Below, piece after piece: positions 10,031 through 20,835 of a DNA stretch of 64,000 nt. Position numbers and translations under genes: made by a program. This stretch comes from Hyphomicrobiales bacterium (GTDB taxonomy: Bacteria > Pseudomonadota > Alphaproteobacteria > Rhizobiales > JAKPQE01), in contig JAWKVW010000017.1 in NCBI GenBank assembly GCA_041397845.1, positions 3,503 to 67,502 of the forward strand. The letters run 5' to 3'. The notes under the pieces are model-generated. The model searched no databases. It saw only the letters and a program-made list of their open reading frames with translations, and had not been told where the DNA came from. The number at the start of each line of letters is the position of its first letter. Within the stretch, counting starts at the first letter, position 1.

Positions 10031-11494
10031 ATGCGTGTAGATACCGGTGATAGCGGCAGTGGTGGCGGCTCGGCTTCGCAGAAGCCGCTCTTTGCCAAGC
10101 ATCACAATATCTATCCCCAGGCGATTTCCGGCACGTTCCGGAACATCAAATGGGCGCTGATGGTCGTTACCCTCGGTATCTACTACTTCTTGCCATTCCT
10201 GCGCTGGGATCGGGGGCCAAACGCCCCCGATCAAGCGGTGCTCATCGACTTCCCGAGCCGCCGCTTCTACTTCTTCTTCATCGAGATCTGGCCGCAGGAA
10301 GTCTACTACCTGACCGGCCTGCTGATCGTCGCGGCCATGACGCTGTTCCTGATGAACGCCGTCGCCGGCCGCATCTGGTGCGGTTACCTCTGCTGGCAGA
10401 CCGTCTGGACCGATCTCTTCTATGCCGTCGAGAACTGGGTCGAGGGTTCGCGCCGCGATCGCCTCGTCAAGGAAAAGCAGGGCTGGACCTTCAAGCGTAT
10501 CCGCGAAAAGGCGACCAAGCACTTCATCTGGCTGCTTATTGCCTGGTGGACCGGCGGCGCCTGGGTGCTCTACTTCTCCGACGCCCCGACCCTCGTGAAG
10601 GATCTCGCCACCTTCCAGGCGCCCTTCGTCGCCTATCTCTGGATCGGCATCCTGACCTTCACGACCTATATTTTCGCCGGTTTCGGCCGCGAGCAGGTGT
10701 GCATCTACATGTGCCCCTGGCCGCGCATCCAGGCCTCGCTCACCGATGAGTGGGCGCTGAACATCGAATACCGGACCGACCGCGGCGAGCCGCGCGCCTC
10801 GCTGAAGCGCGGCAAGGAACTGGCCGCCAAGGGCGACACTGTCGGTGACTGCATCGACTGTGGTCAGTGCATCGCCGTCTGTCCGACCGGTACCGACATC
10901 CGCAACGGCATCCAGTTGAGCTGCATCCAGTGCGGCCTCTGCATCGATGCCTGCGACGCGGTGATGACCAAGATCGGCAAGCCGACCGGCCTCATCGCCT
11001 ATGACACCGACATCAACATCGGCCGTCGCCGCGAGGGCAAGCACGAGATCTACAAGTTCGTGCGGCCGCGCACCCTGATCTATGTGGCGATCATCTCGGC
11101 CGTGCTCGGCTTCATGGCCTTCACGCTGACGACGCGGTCCATGTCGGGCATGAACGTGCTGCATGATCGCAATCCGCTCTATGTCCAGCTCTCCGATGGC
11201 GGCCTGCGCAACGGCTACACCATCCGCGTGCTGAACAAGAATACCGAGCCGGCGGAGTTCGCCCTCTCGGTCGCGGGCATCGACGGACTGCGCATCGAGG
11301 CGGTCGGTGTCGAGAATGCGGCAGACGGCAATCCCGTCATTGCCGTCGACCGGGATACGACCCGTGAAGTGCGCGTCCTCGTCTTCTCGCCGCCCAAGCT
11401 GAAGCTCGACAAGTCGACGCCGATCACCTTCACGCTGGTCGCGAAGGATTCCGGTGAGACCTCGTCCGTCAGCGATTACTTCAAGGCGCCATGA
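10031..11494 (+). CDS. ccoG: cbb3 oxidase assembly ferredoxin CcoG/FixG
   Basis: The protein has TM segments and two 4Fe-4S motifs (CIDCGQCIAVCP, CIQCGLCIDAC). An alternative GTG start at 10019 overlaps ccoP. Confidence 0.9.
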   Translation: MRVDTGDSGSGGGSASQKPLFAKHHNIYPQAISGTFRNIKWALMVVTLGIYYFLPFLRWDRGPNAPDQAVLIDFPSRRFYFFFIEIWPQEVYYLTGLLIVAAMTLFLMNAVAGRIWCGYLCWQTVWTDLFYAVENWVEGSRRDRLVKEKQGWTFKRIREKATKHFIWLLIAWWTGGAWVLYFSDAPTLVKDLATFQAPFVAYLWIGILTFTTYIFAGFGREQVCIYMCPWPRIQASLTDEWALNIEYRTDRGEPRASLKRGKELAAKGDTVGDCIDCGQCIAVCPTGTDIRNGIQLSCIQCGLCIDACDAVMTKIGKPTGLIAYDTDINIGRRREGKHEIYKFVRPRTLIYVAIISAVLGFMAFTLTTRSMSGMNVLHDRNPLYVQLSDGGLRNGYTIRVLNKNTEPAEFALSVAGIDGLRIEAVGVENAADGNPVIAVDRDTTREVRVLVFSPPKLKLDKSTPITFTLVAKDSGETSSVSDYFKAP

Positions 11495-12009
11495 CCATGA
11501 CCGGTACATCGGGCCGGTCCGAGCCGAAGTTCCGGCTGACCGGCCCCAAGGTCCTCGCCATCCTGGTCGCGTTTTTCCTGGCGATCTTTGCGGCGAACGC
11601 GGCCCTCATCTATCTGGCGCTCGATAGCTGGCCCGGTCTCGACACCGAGACCGCCTACACCGAGGGGCTCGTCTACGATCAGGAGATCGAGGCGGCCCGT
11701 GCCCAGGAAGAGCGGGCCTGGAAGGTCGAGGCCGTCATCGGCCGCGAGGCGACGGGTGCCGCCATCGTCCGTATCGAGCTGCACGACAAGGACGGCCACG
11801 CGGTCAACGGCATGACTGTCACCGCCGATTTCGATCGGCCGACGGACACCGCCGACGACATGAAGATGACCTTCGTCGAGAAGGAGCCTGGCACCTATCT
11901 TGGCCAACTGGCCGATGTGCCGACCGGCGCCTGGACTCTTGTCATCAACGTCGTCGATCCGGCCGGTGAGCGCGTCTACCGGTCTCGCAACCGGGTTGTC
12001 CTGCACTGA
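11491..12009 (+). CDS. fixH: FixH-family protein
   Basis: 172 aa with one N-terminal TM segment. The ATG overlaps the fixG stop, and the gene sits between fixG and fixI. Confidence 0.8.
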   Translation: MTMTGTSGRSEPKFRLTGPKVLAILVAFFLAIFAANAALIYLALDSWPGLDTETAYTEGLVYDQEIEAARAQEERAWKVEAVIGREATGAAIVRIELHDKDGHAVNGMTVTADFDRPTDTADDMKMTFVEKEPGTYLGQLADVPTGAWTLVINVVDPAGERVYRSRNRVVLH

Positions 12010-12201
12010 CCGGATTGCCGGTGCGCTGGCGGCAGGGGCAGGCATCGCCAGCAGGGCCAGCCTTTCGGATGCGCGCCGGATCTTGCGGAAGGCGCCGCTT
12101 TTCGGCGAATGTGAGCCGCGCCCGTGTCGTGCGCTGCCATCTCGTGAGGCCTTGGCGGACTGGTCCGTGGCCATTCCGCCGCAATGCAGGAGGACGGCTC
12201 C

Positions 12202-14427
12202 ATGAACGCGCATGCGCGTGATTGGTCCGCTTTCGTGACACCCTCCAGGGAAGAGGGCGTCTGCCGCCTCGATCTCGCGGTCGAGGGCATCACTTGTGCC
12301 GCCTGCATGGTGCAGATCGAGAAGGGCCTCGGCGCCCAGCCCGGCGTCAGCAAGGCACGGCTCAACCTGACGAGCCATCGTCTTGCCCTCGAATGGCGCC
12401 CGGACGAGACCGATGCCGGCACCGTCATCGACGTCCTTGAGAGCCTCGGTTACCGGGCCCATCCGTTTGATCCCGGCCGGGTCGATGAAGTCGAGAAGGT
12501 GGAGTCGCAAAAGCTCCTGCGCGCCCTCGCGGTCGCGGCGTTCTCCTCAATGAACATCATGCTGCTGTCGGTTTCCGTCTGGGCTGGCAACGCCTCCGAC
12601 ATCACGTCGGAAACCCGCGACCTTTTCCACTGGATTTCGGCGTTGCTTGCCCTGCCGGCCGCCGCCTATTCCGGCCAGACCTTCTATCGCAGCGCCTATC
12701 ATGCGCTGCGCACCGGCCGCCTCAACATGGACGTGCCGATCACCATCGGCGTGACGCTCGCCCTCGCGCTCTCGGTCATGGAGACCTTCAACCACGCCGA
12801 TCATGCCTATTACGAATCGGCGATGATGCTGCTGTTCTTCCTGCTCATCGGCCGCTGGCTCGACCACAACATGCGTCGGCGCACCCGTTCCTTTGCCGAG
12901 AATCTGATGGCCCTGCGCGCAGAAAGCGCCCTCGTCATCGAACCGGACGGATCATTGCGCGAAATCCCGGTCTCCAGGGTCGCCGAAGGTGACCGGGTTC
13001 TCATTCGGCCGGGCGAGCGCGTGTCGGTCGACGGCATCGTCGAGGACGGCAATTCCGAAATCGACCAGAGCCTTGTCACCGGCGAGACACTGATGGTCGC
13101 GACCGGCCCGGGCACATCGGTCTATGCCGGCACGTTGAACGCCGGCGGCCAGCTCGTCGTCCGGGTTTCGGCGGCGGGGAAGGGCACCCTGCTCGACGAC
13201 GTCAACCGCCTGCTCGACAATGCGCTCCAGGCGAAGTCACGCTACATGCACCTCGCCGATCGTGCCGCCGCGCTCTATGCCCCGTTGGTGCATGGCGCAG
13301 CCGCCCTGTCGTTCGCCGGCTGGTGGCTTGCCGGTATTGGCTGGCAGCCGGCCCTTGTCATTGCGATTTCCGTGCTCATCATCACCTGTCCCTGCGCCCT
13401 CGGCCTTGCCATCCCGGCCGTCCAGGTCGTCGCGTCAGGTACGCTCTTCCGCCACGGCATCCTCCTGAACAGCGGTGACGGCATCGAGCGCATGGCCCGC
13501 GCCAATACGGTGGTCTTCGACAAGACCGGAACGCTGACGGCGCCGGAGCCGGCCATCGCCAACGCGGCGGATTGCCCGCCCGGAACGCTCGCCGCCGCCG
13601 CCCGCCTTGCCCTCTCGAGCCGTCATCCGCTTGCGGCGGCCCTTGCCCACCACGCCGGTCGGGCCGAGCCGTTTGCCGGTGTCGAGGAAGTCGCGGGCGA
13701 GGGCGTCAGGGTGGTCATCGACGGCACCGAGCTGCGGCTCGGTTCGCCGGCCTTCTGCGCCGCCGAGGCAGAGGCAAGGGCGATTGCCGAACGCTATCCG
13801 CTGGCCTCCCTCGTCGCCTGGCGCGCCGGCGAGCGAAGCCCGATGGTGTTCGCCGTCGACCAGAGCCTCAGGCCGGACGCCGCCGCCGTTGTGGCGGCGC
13901 TCAGGGAGCGCGGTCTGGCCGTCGAGATCCTGTCCGGTGATCGCGAGGAATCCGTCGCGAGCATTGCCGCGGCTCTGGGAGTTTCCGAATGGCGTGCAGC
14001 CCAGCGGCCGGCCGACAAGATCGCCCATGTCGAGGCCCTGCGTGCGGCAGGACGCTCCGTGTTGATGGTCGGCGACGGCCTCAATGACGCGCCGTCACTC
14101 GCCGCGGCCGACGTGTCGATATCACCGGTGACGGCGGTCCACGTCAGTCAGGCGGCGGCCGATTGCGTCTTTCTCGGCGAACGTCTCGGCCCCGTCGTCG
14201 CCGCGATAGACGTGTCCCGGCGCGCCCACCGGATCATGCGTGAAAACCTCTGGTTCGCCGCGCTCTACAACACCATCGCGGTGCCGCTCGCCGTCGCCGG
14301 CCTTGTCACGCCGCTGATTGCCGCTGCCGCCATGTCGGGCTCCTCGATTGTCGTCACGCTGAATGCATGGCGGGCCCGCCTCGGTCGCGCCGGTCTTGGC
14401 GACGATGTTGACAGCCGGCAGGCGTGA
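12202..14427 (+). CDS. fixI: Copper-translocating P1B-type ATPase FixI/CcoI
   Basis: It has an HMA domain (GITCAACMVQIE), the CPC motif (ITCPCALGLA), DKTGTLT and GDGLNDAP. AGGAGGA lies 7 nt before the ATG at 12202. The ORF-track start at 12184 is less likely. Confidence 0.92.
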   Translation: MNAHARDWSAFVTPSREEGVCRLDLAVEGITCAACMVQIEKGLGAQPGVSKARLNLTSHRLALEWRPDETDAGTVIDVLESLGYRAHPFDPGRVDEVEKVESQKLLRALAVAAFSSMNIMLLSVSVWAGNASDITSETRDLFHWISALLALPAAAYSGQTFYRSAYHALRTGRLNMDVPITIGVTLALALSVMETFNHADHAYYESAMMLLFFLLIGRWLDHNMRRRTRSFAENLMALRAESALVIEPDGSLREIPVSRVAEGDRVLIRPGERVSVDGIVEDGNSEIDQSLVTGETLMVATGPGTSVYAGTLNAGGQLVVRVSAAGKGTLLDDVNRLLDNALQAKSRYMHLADRAAALYAPLVHGAAALSFAGWWLAGIGWQPALVIAISVLIITCPCALGLAIPAVQVVASGTLFRHGILLNSGDGIERMARANTVVFDKTGTLTAPEPAIANAADCPPGTLAAAARLALSSRHPLAAALAHHAGRAEPFAGVEEVAGEGVRVVIDGTELRLGSPAFCAAEAEARAIAERYPLASLVAWRAGERSPMVFAVDQSLRPDAAAVVAALRERGLAVEILSGDREESVASIAAALGVSEWRAAQRPADKIAHVEALRAAGRSVLMVGDGLNDAPSLAAADVSISPVTAVHVSQAAADCVFLGERLGPVVAAIDVSRRAHRIMRENLWFAALYNTIAVPLAVAGLVTPLIAAAAMSGSSIVVTLNAWRARLGRAGLGDDVDSRQA

Positions 14428-14522
14428 GCCGATATCGAGCGTGCCCGCGGCGTCCATGTCGATGACCGCATCGGCCGCTCGTTGTCGGGCGATGTTGCCA
14501 ACCGAATTCCGGGACGGAACCG

Positions 14523-14705
14523 ATGAACATCCTTCTTCTGACCATTCCTGTCGCCCTGGCGCTCGGTCTCTTCTTCCTCATCGCCTTCCTCTGGGCGCTG
14601 CGCACCGGCCAGTTCGAGGATCTCGATGGCGCTGCGCACCGGGTCCTGCTCGACGACGATGTCGGCGAGGACGATGAAAACAAGCCGGATTTCCTGAAAG
14701 ACTGA
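14523..14705 (+). CDS. ccoS: cbb3 oxidase maturation protein CcoS/FixS
   Basis: 60 aa with one TM segment and a FEDLDG...LLDDD tail. It lies directly after fixI. Confidence 0.85.
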   Translation: MNILLLTIPVALALGLFFLIAFLWALRTGQFEDLDGAAHRVLLDDDVGEDDENKPDFLKD

Positions 14706-14771
14706 TGCGGCCGCCAGGGCGCGGGTCGCGAACGGGCCGCTGCCGACGGGACAGCCCGGGGGCAGGAACGA

Positions 14772-14798
14772 AAACGGCGCGCCAGAGGCGCGCCGTTT
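14772..14798. terminator. Bidirectional rho-independent terminator between convergent fixS and hemA
   Basis: The hairpin is AAACGGCGCGCC-aga-GGCGCGCCGTTT, a 12-bp perfect stem flanked by A and T runs. Confidence 0.8.
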
Positions 14799-14825
14799 GA
14801 TTCAGAGGAGTCCGGAAGCCGGATC

Positions 14826-16106
14826 TCAGCCGCCAGCGGCCGGAAACACCTCGACGCCGGAAACCTTCGGCGTCTCGGTGACGGCGTGCGTCTTCGGCCC
14901 TTCGAGCGGCAGGTCGAGGACCTCCCAGATCTTCAGCAGCGAATCGCGCAGGTTCTCGATCATCGCGTCGTCATGATAGGGCGACGGCGTGATGCGCAGG
15001 CGCTCCGTGCCGCGCGGCACGGTCGGGTAGTTGATCGGCTGGATGTAGATGTCGTGATACTCGAGCAGCAGGTCGCTGGCCTTCTTGCAGCGGTCCGGAT
15101 CGCCGACCAGCACCGGCACGATATGCGTCTCCGACGGCATCACCGGCAGGCCGGCGGCCGACAGGATCTCCTTGGTGCGGGCCGCCTGACGCTGATGCAT
15201 CTCGCGCTCGACCTGGCTGTCCTTGAGGTGCCGGATCGAGGCGGTCGCGGCGGCGCAAAGCCCCGGCGGCAGCGCCGTCGTGAAGATGAAGCCCGGCGCA
15301 TAGGAGCGAACCGCGTCGACGACGGCCGTCGTCGAGGTGATGTAGCCGCCAAGCGTGCCGAACGCCTTGGCAAGCGTGCCCTCGATGACGTCGATGCGCT
15401 CCATCAGGCCTTCGCGGTCACAAATGCCGCCGCCGCGCGGCCCGTACATGCCGACCGCGTGCACCTCGTCGATGTAGGTCATCGCGTTGTACTTGTCGGC
15501 AAGATCGGCGATCCGCGCGATCGGGCCGACATCGCCGTCCATCGAATAGACCGATTCGAAGACGATGAGCTTCGCCCGCTCCTTGCCCGCCTTTTTCAGC
15601 AGCTCTTCGAGATGCTCGGTGTCATTGTGCCGGAACACCTGCTTGTGCACGCCCGAATGGCGCACGCCCTCGATCATCGAGGCGTGGTTCAGCGCGTCCG
15701 ACAGGATGAGGCAGTCCGGCAGCAGCTTGGCAATCGTCGAGATCGCCGCCTCGTTCGAGACGAAGCCGGACGTGAAGACGAGGCCGGCTTCCTTGTTGTG
15801 CAGATCGGCAAGCTCGCGCTCGAGCATGACCAGCGGATGGTTGGTGCCCGAGATGTTGCGGGTGCCGCCGGCGCCGGCGCCCATGCGCTCGACGGTCTCC
15901 ATCATCGCCCCGACAACCTTGGGGTTCTGGCCCATTCCGAGGTAATCATTCGAACACCAGATCGTGATCTCGCGTTCGACACCTTCCTTGCGGAAGAGCG
16001 CCCGAGGGAAGCGCCCTGTCATTCTCTCGAGGTCGGCAAATACCCGATAGCGCTTTTCCTGCCTCAGCGCAGAAATGGCGTCCTCGAAGATTGATTGATA
16101 CCTCAT
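14826..16106 (-). CDS. hemA: 5-aminolevulinate synthase
   Basis: 426 aa of the alpha-oxoamine synthase family. Supporting strings are [35 protein letters not shown] and the PLP-Lys region GTLAKAFG. Confidence 0.92.
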   Translation of the reverse strand: MRYQSIFEDAISALRQEKRYRVFADLERMTGRFPRALFRKEGVEREITIWCSNDYLGMGQNPKVVGAMMETVERMGAGAGGTRNISGTNHPLVMLERELADLHNKEAGLVFTSGFVSNEAAISTIAKLLPDCLILSDALNHASMIEGVRHSGVHKQVFRHNDTEHLEELLKKAGKERAKLIVFESVYSMDGDVGPIARIADLADKYNAMTYIDEVHAVGMYGPRGGGICDREGLMERIDVIEGTLAKAFGTLGGYITSTTAVVDAVRSYAPGFIFTTALPPGLCAAATASIRHLKDSQVEREMHQRQAARTKEILSAAGLPVMPSETHIVPVLVGDPDRCKKASDLLLEYHDIYIQPINYPTVPRGTERLRITPSPYHDDAMIENLRDSLLKIWEVLDLPLEGPKTHAVTETPKVSGVEVFPAAGG

Positions 16107-16207
16107 CCCGCGATCACCTCCGGTGCTTTTGTCGCAAGAGCGTGCACACTATCGGCCTCCCTTGGCCGTGTCCAACGCCACATTGCCGCGCGTCCCACCC
16201 CCCGGCC

Positions 16208-16221
16208 TTGAGCTTCGTCAA
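16208..16221. promoter_or_regulatory. FNR/FixK-type box upstream of hemA
   Basis: TTGAGCTTCGTCAA is a perfect TTGA-N6-TCAA. It lies about 100 nt upstream of the hemA ATG at 16106. Confidence 0.7.
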
Positions 16222-16315
16222 GGTCCGGGACCGGCAGACTGACCCCCGGTCGGTCACCCGTCAAGTTTTCATGAGAAAAAGTTGCGATATGCCCGAACCG
16301 CCGCCCGCCGGCCTT

Positions 16316-17410
16316 TCAGGCGACGTCGGCGAGCGTTGCCCGGAGCTGTTCGATGTCGACGAGCGAGGATGCATAGGCGGGCTTGCCGATCGGGTCGAGG
16401 TTCATCAGACAGCGGTAATCCTGCCCGAGATAGCGCGCATACATGTAATAATGCGGCGAGCCGAGCGTCGGATTGAAAAGCTCGACGAGCGTTCCCGGCG
16501 CATGCCGGCGCCAGATGATGTTCGTCAGTCCCGCGCCATGCGCCCCGATGATCAGCCGGCTGGCGCTGAACAGGGCGATCTGCGCCTCGAGCGCCAGTTC
16601 CTGCGGGTCTGCCGTCTCGATGCCGTGCCGGGCAAGCAATGCATCGACCTCGGCCTGGTTGCGGAACGGCCGCCGGTTCGGTGCGTTCGCCCCGCGCTGG
16701 ATGAAGACGGCGCGCTCGCCTTCCGGCTTGTCGGCAATGCCGAACCGGTCGAGCGTCGCCTCGAGCGCGGCCTCGTCCGGATCGTGCGGCTTGATGGTGA
16801 AGACCGTGCCGGCCCGGACAACCTCCCGCGGCCCCTGCACGACGACCTCGTGGCTGCCGAAGACGCCGAGCCGCACCGCATCGCGGAAATACGACTGGGC
16901 CCCGAGCCGCGCCGAGACGACGACCGGCAGCGCCTGGTCGAGCCCGAGCCTGTCGGCGAGATGGAGCTTGGCGATGACGTTGTTGATGAAGTGGAAGTAG
17001 TTCGTATCGAACTTGTGGTGCAGCGAGATCAGCGCCGGGAAGCGTCGTCCGGAACCGAAGCGGTGATTGAGGAATTGCGGCGAGCGCTCCCGACCCCGGT
17101 CGAGCGGATAGTCGGTCGAACCCCAGACGACCCGGCCGCCGGCAAAGACGTGGCCGGACCATGGGTCGATGCCGATATCGCCATCGAAGCGGCGCACATA
17201 GGCCTCGTCCGTGCCGTCCAGCCAGCGGATGTATTCGCGGCGAAGGCATTCCGGCACGTCACCGGCAAAACGCGGATCGGACCAGGGCTGGCGGCTGGAG
17301 ATGAGGAGCGCCGACACCTCCTCGAGCGGCGCCGAGGGATGCAGCCGCTCGAGCGTGCGCACCAGGGACTGGCGGGTATGCACCAACTGGCGGCGAAACG
17401 TCTTTTCCAT
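16316..17410 (-). CDS. Glycosyltransferase family 61 / DUF563-like protein
   Basis: 364 aa. The C-terminal pattern NRRPFRNQAEVDALL...QIALFSASRLIIGAHGAGLTNIIW...LVELFNP is typical of DUF563/GT61 as recalled. No search was run. Confidence 0.55.
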   Translation of the reverse strand: MEKTFRRQLVHTRQSLVRTLERLHPSAPLEEVSALLISSRQPWSDPRFAGDVPECLRREYIRWLDGTDEAYVRRFDGDIGIDPWSGHVFAGGRVVWGSTDYPLDRGRERSPQFLNHRFGSGRRFPALISLHHKFDTNYFHFINNVIAKLHLADRLGLDQALPVVVSARLGAQSYFRDAVRLGVFGSHEVVVQGPREVVRAGTVFTIKPHDPDEAALEATLDRFGIADKPEGERAVFIQRGANAPNRRPFRNQAEVDALLARHGIETADPQELALEAQIALFSASRLIIGAHGAGLTNIIWRRHAPGTLVELFNPTLGSPHYYMYARYLGQDYRCLMNLDPIGKPAYASSLVDIEQLRATLADVA

Positions 17411-17529
17411 CCGGCAAGGCTCTCCCGGCTGCGGTCCGGCCTCTCGTCAGTAGCGAAATCGCCTGTGGCCGACAAGCCGAAACGAGGTCCCTTGAACGCC
17501 CGTCTTGCCGGCGACCGGCTGCTTCGCCT

Positions 17530-19455
17530 ATGTTGCGCCGCGTTGCACGCCGCTGGTCGCAGAAGGCCCGGCGTTTGCTGTCGCGGCGCGCCGCGGCAAA
17601 CCATGCCGAGGCAAGGCCGCCCGTGACCGACGACAAGAACGCGACGAACCTGCCGCCGGCTGTCGCTGCCGGCGATCCCTATCTGCTCAGCTACATGTCG
17701 GCAAAAGGCTCCGCGGCCGGGTCCGGCCGGCGCTGGGGCTTGCTGCGCCGCTTTGTCTCTGACTTCATCGTCCAGTACTGGCCGCGCTATCTGCTCGCCG
17801 CCGCCACAATGGCGCTCTACTCGGCAAGCGTCGTCGCGCTGCCCTGGATGCTGGAAAACCTCGTCAACAAGGTCCTTGTCGACCGCAATGCCGAGGCGAT
17901 GCCGGCCCTCATCACGGCCATCATCATCATCTTCTCGGTTCGCGCCGTGACGAGCTTTGCCCAGCGCTACCTGCTGGCGATGGCGAGCCTCGACCTGACG
18001 GTCGACCTGCAGCGCCGCACCGGCCGCCACATCCTGACCCTCGATCTCGCCTTCTTCCAGAAGAACCCGGTTGGCCAGATCATCGCCCGCATCGCCGACG
18101 ACGTCGCCGTGCTCGACCGTGTCGCCTCGAACATGGTGATCACGCTCGTGCGCGACATCGTCACCATGGTCGGCCTCGTCATTTACGTCGCCTGGACCAA
18201 TCCGGTCTGGTTCGGCCTTGCCCTCACTGCCGGGCCGATGATCGCTGTGCCGGCGATCATTGCCAATCGCAAGCTGCGCCGCCTCGCTCATCGCCAGCGC
18301 GAGAACTGGGGCGAGACGCTGACCTCCTATGAGGAGTGCTTCCACGGCATTCGCGGCATCAAGGCGGAAAACAACGAGTCGCTCGAGATCAAGCGCCTCG
18401 ACCACGTCATCGACCAGCGCTGGAACGTCGGCATGAAGGCGGCGCGCACCGGCGCGCTGATGACGCCGGTCGTCGACGTCGTCACCTGCGTCGCCCTCGT
18501 CGGCGTCATCCTCGTTGGTGGCCGCGAGGTCATCGCCGGCGAAGTGCAGGCCGGCACGCTGATGGCCTTCGTCGCCGCCCTGATGCTGCTCTACGAGCCG
18601 CTGAAGCGCATCGTCCAGCTCAACGCCCTCATCCAGATGTGCGTCGCCTCCGTGCAGCGCATCTACGAGGTGCTGGAAATGCGCCCGCGCATCATCGACC
18701 GGCCCGGCGCCGAACCCATCGCCGAGCCGGGCGGCGAGATCGTCTTCGACGACATCTCCTTCTCCTATGACGACGGCCACAAGGTGCTCGACGGCTTTTC
18801 CGCCGTCGTGCCGAAGGGGACGACCGTCGCCTTCGTCGGTTCGTCCGGCTCCGGCAAGACGACGCTGTTCAATCTCCTTGCCCGACTCTACGAAGTCGAG
18901 GGCGGCAGCATCCGCGTCGGCGGCGAGGACATACGCGACATCGCCATTTCGAGCCTGCGTTCCTCGCTTGCGCTCGTCACCCAGGACGTCCTGCTGTTCG
19001 ACGCCTCGATCCGCGACAACATCGCTTACGGTTGCCCGGACGCCGGCGAAGCCGCCATCGTCGAGGCCGCACGTCTTGCCGCCGTCGACGATTTCGTCCG
19101 CAAGCTTCCCGAAGGTTATGATTTCCGCGTCGGCCCGCGCGGCACCCGCCTGTCCGGCGGCCAGCGCCAGCGTGTCGCCATCGCCCGCGCCATCCTGCGC
19201 GACGCGCCGCTGCTGCTGCTCGACGAGGCGACCTCGAGCCTCGACGTCGCAACCGAGGCCCGCGTCCACCAGAACGTCATGAACCTGCGCCGCGGCCGCA
19301 CGACGGCGATCATCGCCCACCGTCTGTCGACCGTCATGGGCGCCGACCGCATCTACTTCCTGGAGGCCGGCCGCATTGTCGAGAGCGGTACACACGAGGA
19401 ACTGATGTCCCGTGCCGGGCGCTATCGCAGCTACGTGATGGAGCAGGTGGAATAG
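17530..19455 (+). CDS. ABC exporter, fused permease-ATPase (MsbA/lipid exporter-like)
   Basis: Six TM segments are followed by an NBD with Walker A GSSGSGKTT, signature LSGGQRQRVAIARA and Walker B LLLLDEATSSLD. The true start may be the ATG at 17695 (MSAKGS...). Confidence 0.85.
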   Translation: MLRRVARRWSQKARRLLSRRAAANHAEARPPVTDDKNATNLPPAVAAGDPYLLSYMSAKGSAAGSGRRWGLLRRFVSDFIVQYWPRYLLAAATMALYSASVVALPWMLENLVNKVLVDRNAEAMPALITAIIIIFSVRAVTSFAQRYLLAMASLDLTVDLQRRTGRHILTLDLAFFQKNPVGQIIARIADDVAVLDRVASNMVITLVRDIVTMVGLVIYVAWTNPVWFGLALTAGPMIAVPAIIANRKLRRLAHRQRENWGETLTSYEECFHGIRGIKAENNESLEIKRLDHVIDQRWNVGMKAARTGALMTPVVDVVTCVALVGVILVGGREVIAGEVQAGTLMAFVAALMLLYEPLKRIVQLNALIQMCVASVQRIYEVLEMRPRIIDRPGAEPIAEPGGEIVFDDISFSYDDGHKVLDGFSAVVPKGTTVAFVGSSGSGKTTLFNLLARLYEVEGGSIRVGGEDIRDIAISSLRSSLALVTQDVLLFDASIRDNIAYGCPDAGEAAIVEAARLAAVDDFVRKLPEGYDFRVGPRGTRLSGGQRQRVAIARAILRDAPLLLLDEATSSLDVATEARVHQNVMNLRRGRTTAIIAHRLSTVMGADRIYFLEAGRIVESGTHEELMSRAGRYRSYVMEQVE

Positions 19456-19503
19456 GCCGACGGCCGCTTCAGGCGGGAAAATGCCTTGCCGCCGGCAAGT
19501 CGG

Positions 19504-20013
19504 TCAGATCGACCGGCGCCGGATCGCGATCGCGATATCCTGAAATGCCTCGGCGATGCCTTCGCCGGTCCTGGCGCTGGTCCGCACCAGCACGTCCGGC
19601 CGGACCGCGAATTCCGGCTCCTCGAGCGGCCCGTTCTCGACAAGATCGATCTTGTTGAGGATCGCTGCCGTCGGCCGGCCGGGCTTTGCCTCGGCGAACT
19701 GGGCAACGAGCTCGGCCATCTTGGCCATCGAGTTCGGCCGGGTGACGTCGGCAACGATGAGCGCGCCCGCCGCGCCTTTCAGATAGATGGTCGAGAAGAT
19801 CGACAGGCCGAAATCGCCGTCCGTGTCCCAGAGCACGAACCGTATCGTCTCCTGTTTGCCTTCCCAGTCGTAAGTGCAGTCATGGGTGTAGATGTCGACG
19901 CCGATCGTTGCCTTGTAATCGGCATCGAACCGGTCGAAGACGAACCTGTTGGCGATCGACGTCTTGCCGACGCCGATGTCGCCTAGGATCATGATCTTCT
20001 GGGCAATGGTCAT
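19504..20013 (-). CDS. Ras-superfamily small GTPase (Rab/Ras-like, 169 aa)
   Basis: Motifs present are G1 GDIGVGKT, switch I YKATIGVD, G3 WDTDG, G4 NKID and G5 TSAR. The ATG lies 6 nt after the stop of the upstream OmpA-like ORF. Confidence 0.85.
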   Translation of the reverse strand: MTIAQKIMILGDIGVGKTSIANRFVFDRFDADYKATIGVDIYTHDCTYDWEGKQETIRFVLWDTDGDFGLSIFSTIYLKGAAGALIVADVTRPNSMAKMAELVAQFAEAKPGRPTAAILNKIDLVENGPLEEPEFAVRPDVLVRTSARTGEGIAEAFQDIAIAIRRRSI

Positions 20014-20019
20014 CTCGCG

Positions 20020-20835
20020 TCATTCCCCCTGAAAGGCGAGAGCGAAGTCGACGCGCCGGTTGGCGCTGGTCGGCCCGCTGGTATTGGCAATCCCCGGTGC
20101 CTCGGGGCGTCCGACGATGACGAGGCGCCCGGCCGCGATGCCTCGTTCGGCGAGATCGGCAACGACTTTCTCGGCGCGCCGTTGGGCGACGACCAGATTG
20201 GCTTCCTTGTTGCCGGTCTCGTCGGCATAACCGATGACCCGCAGCCGCGCGTCCGGCGCGGCGGCAAGCATCTCGGCAAGCGCCGCAAGACTGCGCTTTG
20301 CCGCCACATCGTTGCTGTAGACAATTCCATTGCCGAAGAAAATAGCAGTTGTATCGATAAAGCGACGCAATCTGTCGATTGGCAGATCAACCTGTGCCTT
20401 GACGCTGCCAAGTTCCCCTTCGAGATCGGCAATCCGCGCTTCCGCCTTGCCCTGCGCGTCAAGGGCGGCCGCCAGCGACGCCTCGGTCGCGGCAAGCTTT
20501 GCCTCGGTTGCAGCAAGCTCGGCGCTCGACGGCGCCGCGCCGACCGCAGCGCCAAGGCCGCCGATCCGGGCATCGACCGAGGCAACGGCCTCGGCAAGCC
20601 GGGCGATCGCTGCCTCGTCGGCCTTTTGCGCATCGAGCGCCGAGAACCGCTGTCCGAAGCCGACCATCACCCGTTCGAGCGATGCCATGCGCTCGGTATC
20701 GACGGCGACGAGCTCGGCCTCGACCGGGATCTTGCCGGCGATCTTCCCGGCTTCGGCGATGATGACATCCCGCGCCGCGATGTTCGGCACGAGGCCGCGC
20801 ACCCGCACGATATCGTCGCTGCGATCGTGCGTCAC
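20020..20835 (-). CDS. OmpA_C-like peptidoglycan-binding protein segment with coiled coil and a possible BON-like N-terminus
   Basis: The C-terminus reads RVIGYADETGNKEANLVVAQRRAEKVVADL...NRRVDF, an OmpA/MotB-type motif. The middle is Ala/Glu-rich coiled coil. The GTG start overlaps the upstream stop (GTGA), so this may be the C-terminal part of a larger protein. Confidence 0.75.
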   Translation of the reverse strand: MTHDRSDDIVRVRGLVPNIAARDVIIAEAGKIAGKIPVEAELVAVDTERMASLERVMVGFGQRFSALDAQKADEAAIARLAEAVASVDARIGGLGAAVGAAPSSAELAATEAKLAATEASLAAALDAQGKAEARIADLEGELGSVKAQVDLPIDRLRRFIDTTAIFFGNGIVYSNDVAAKRSLAALAEMLAAAPDARLRVIGYADETGNKEANLVVAQRRAEKVVADLAERGIAAGRLVIVGRPEAPGIANTSGPTSANRRVDFALAFQGE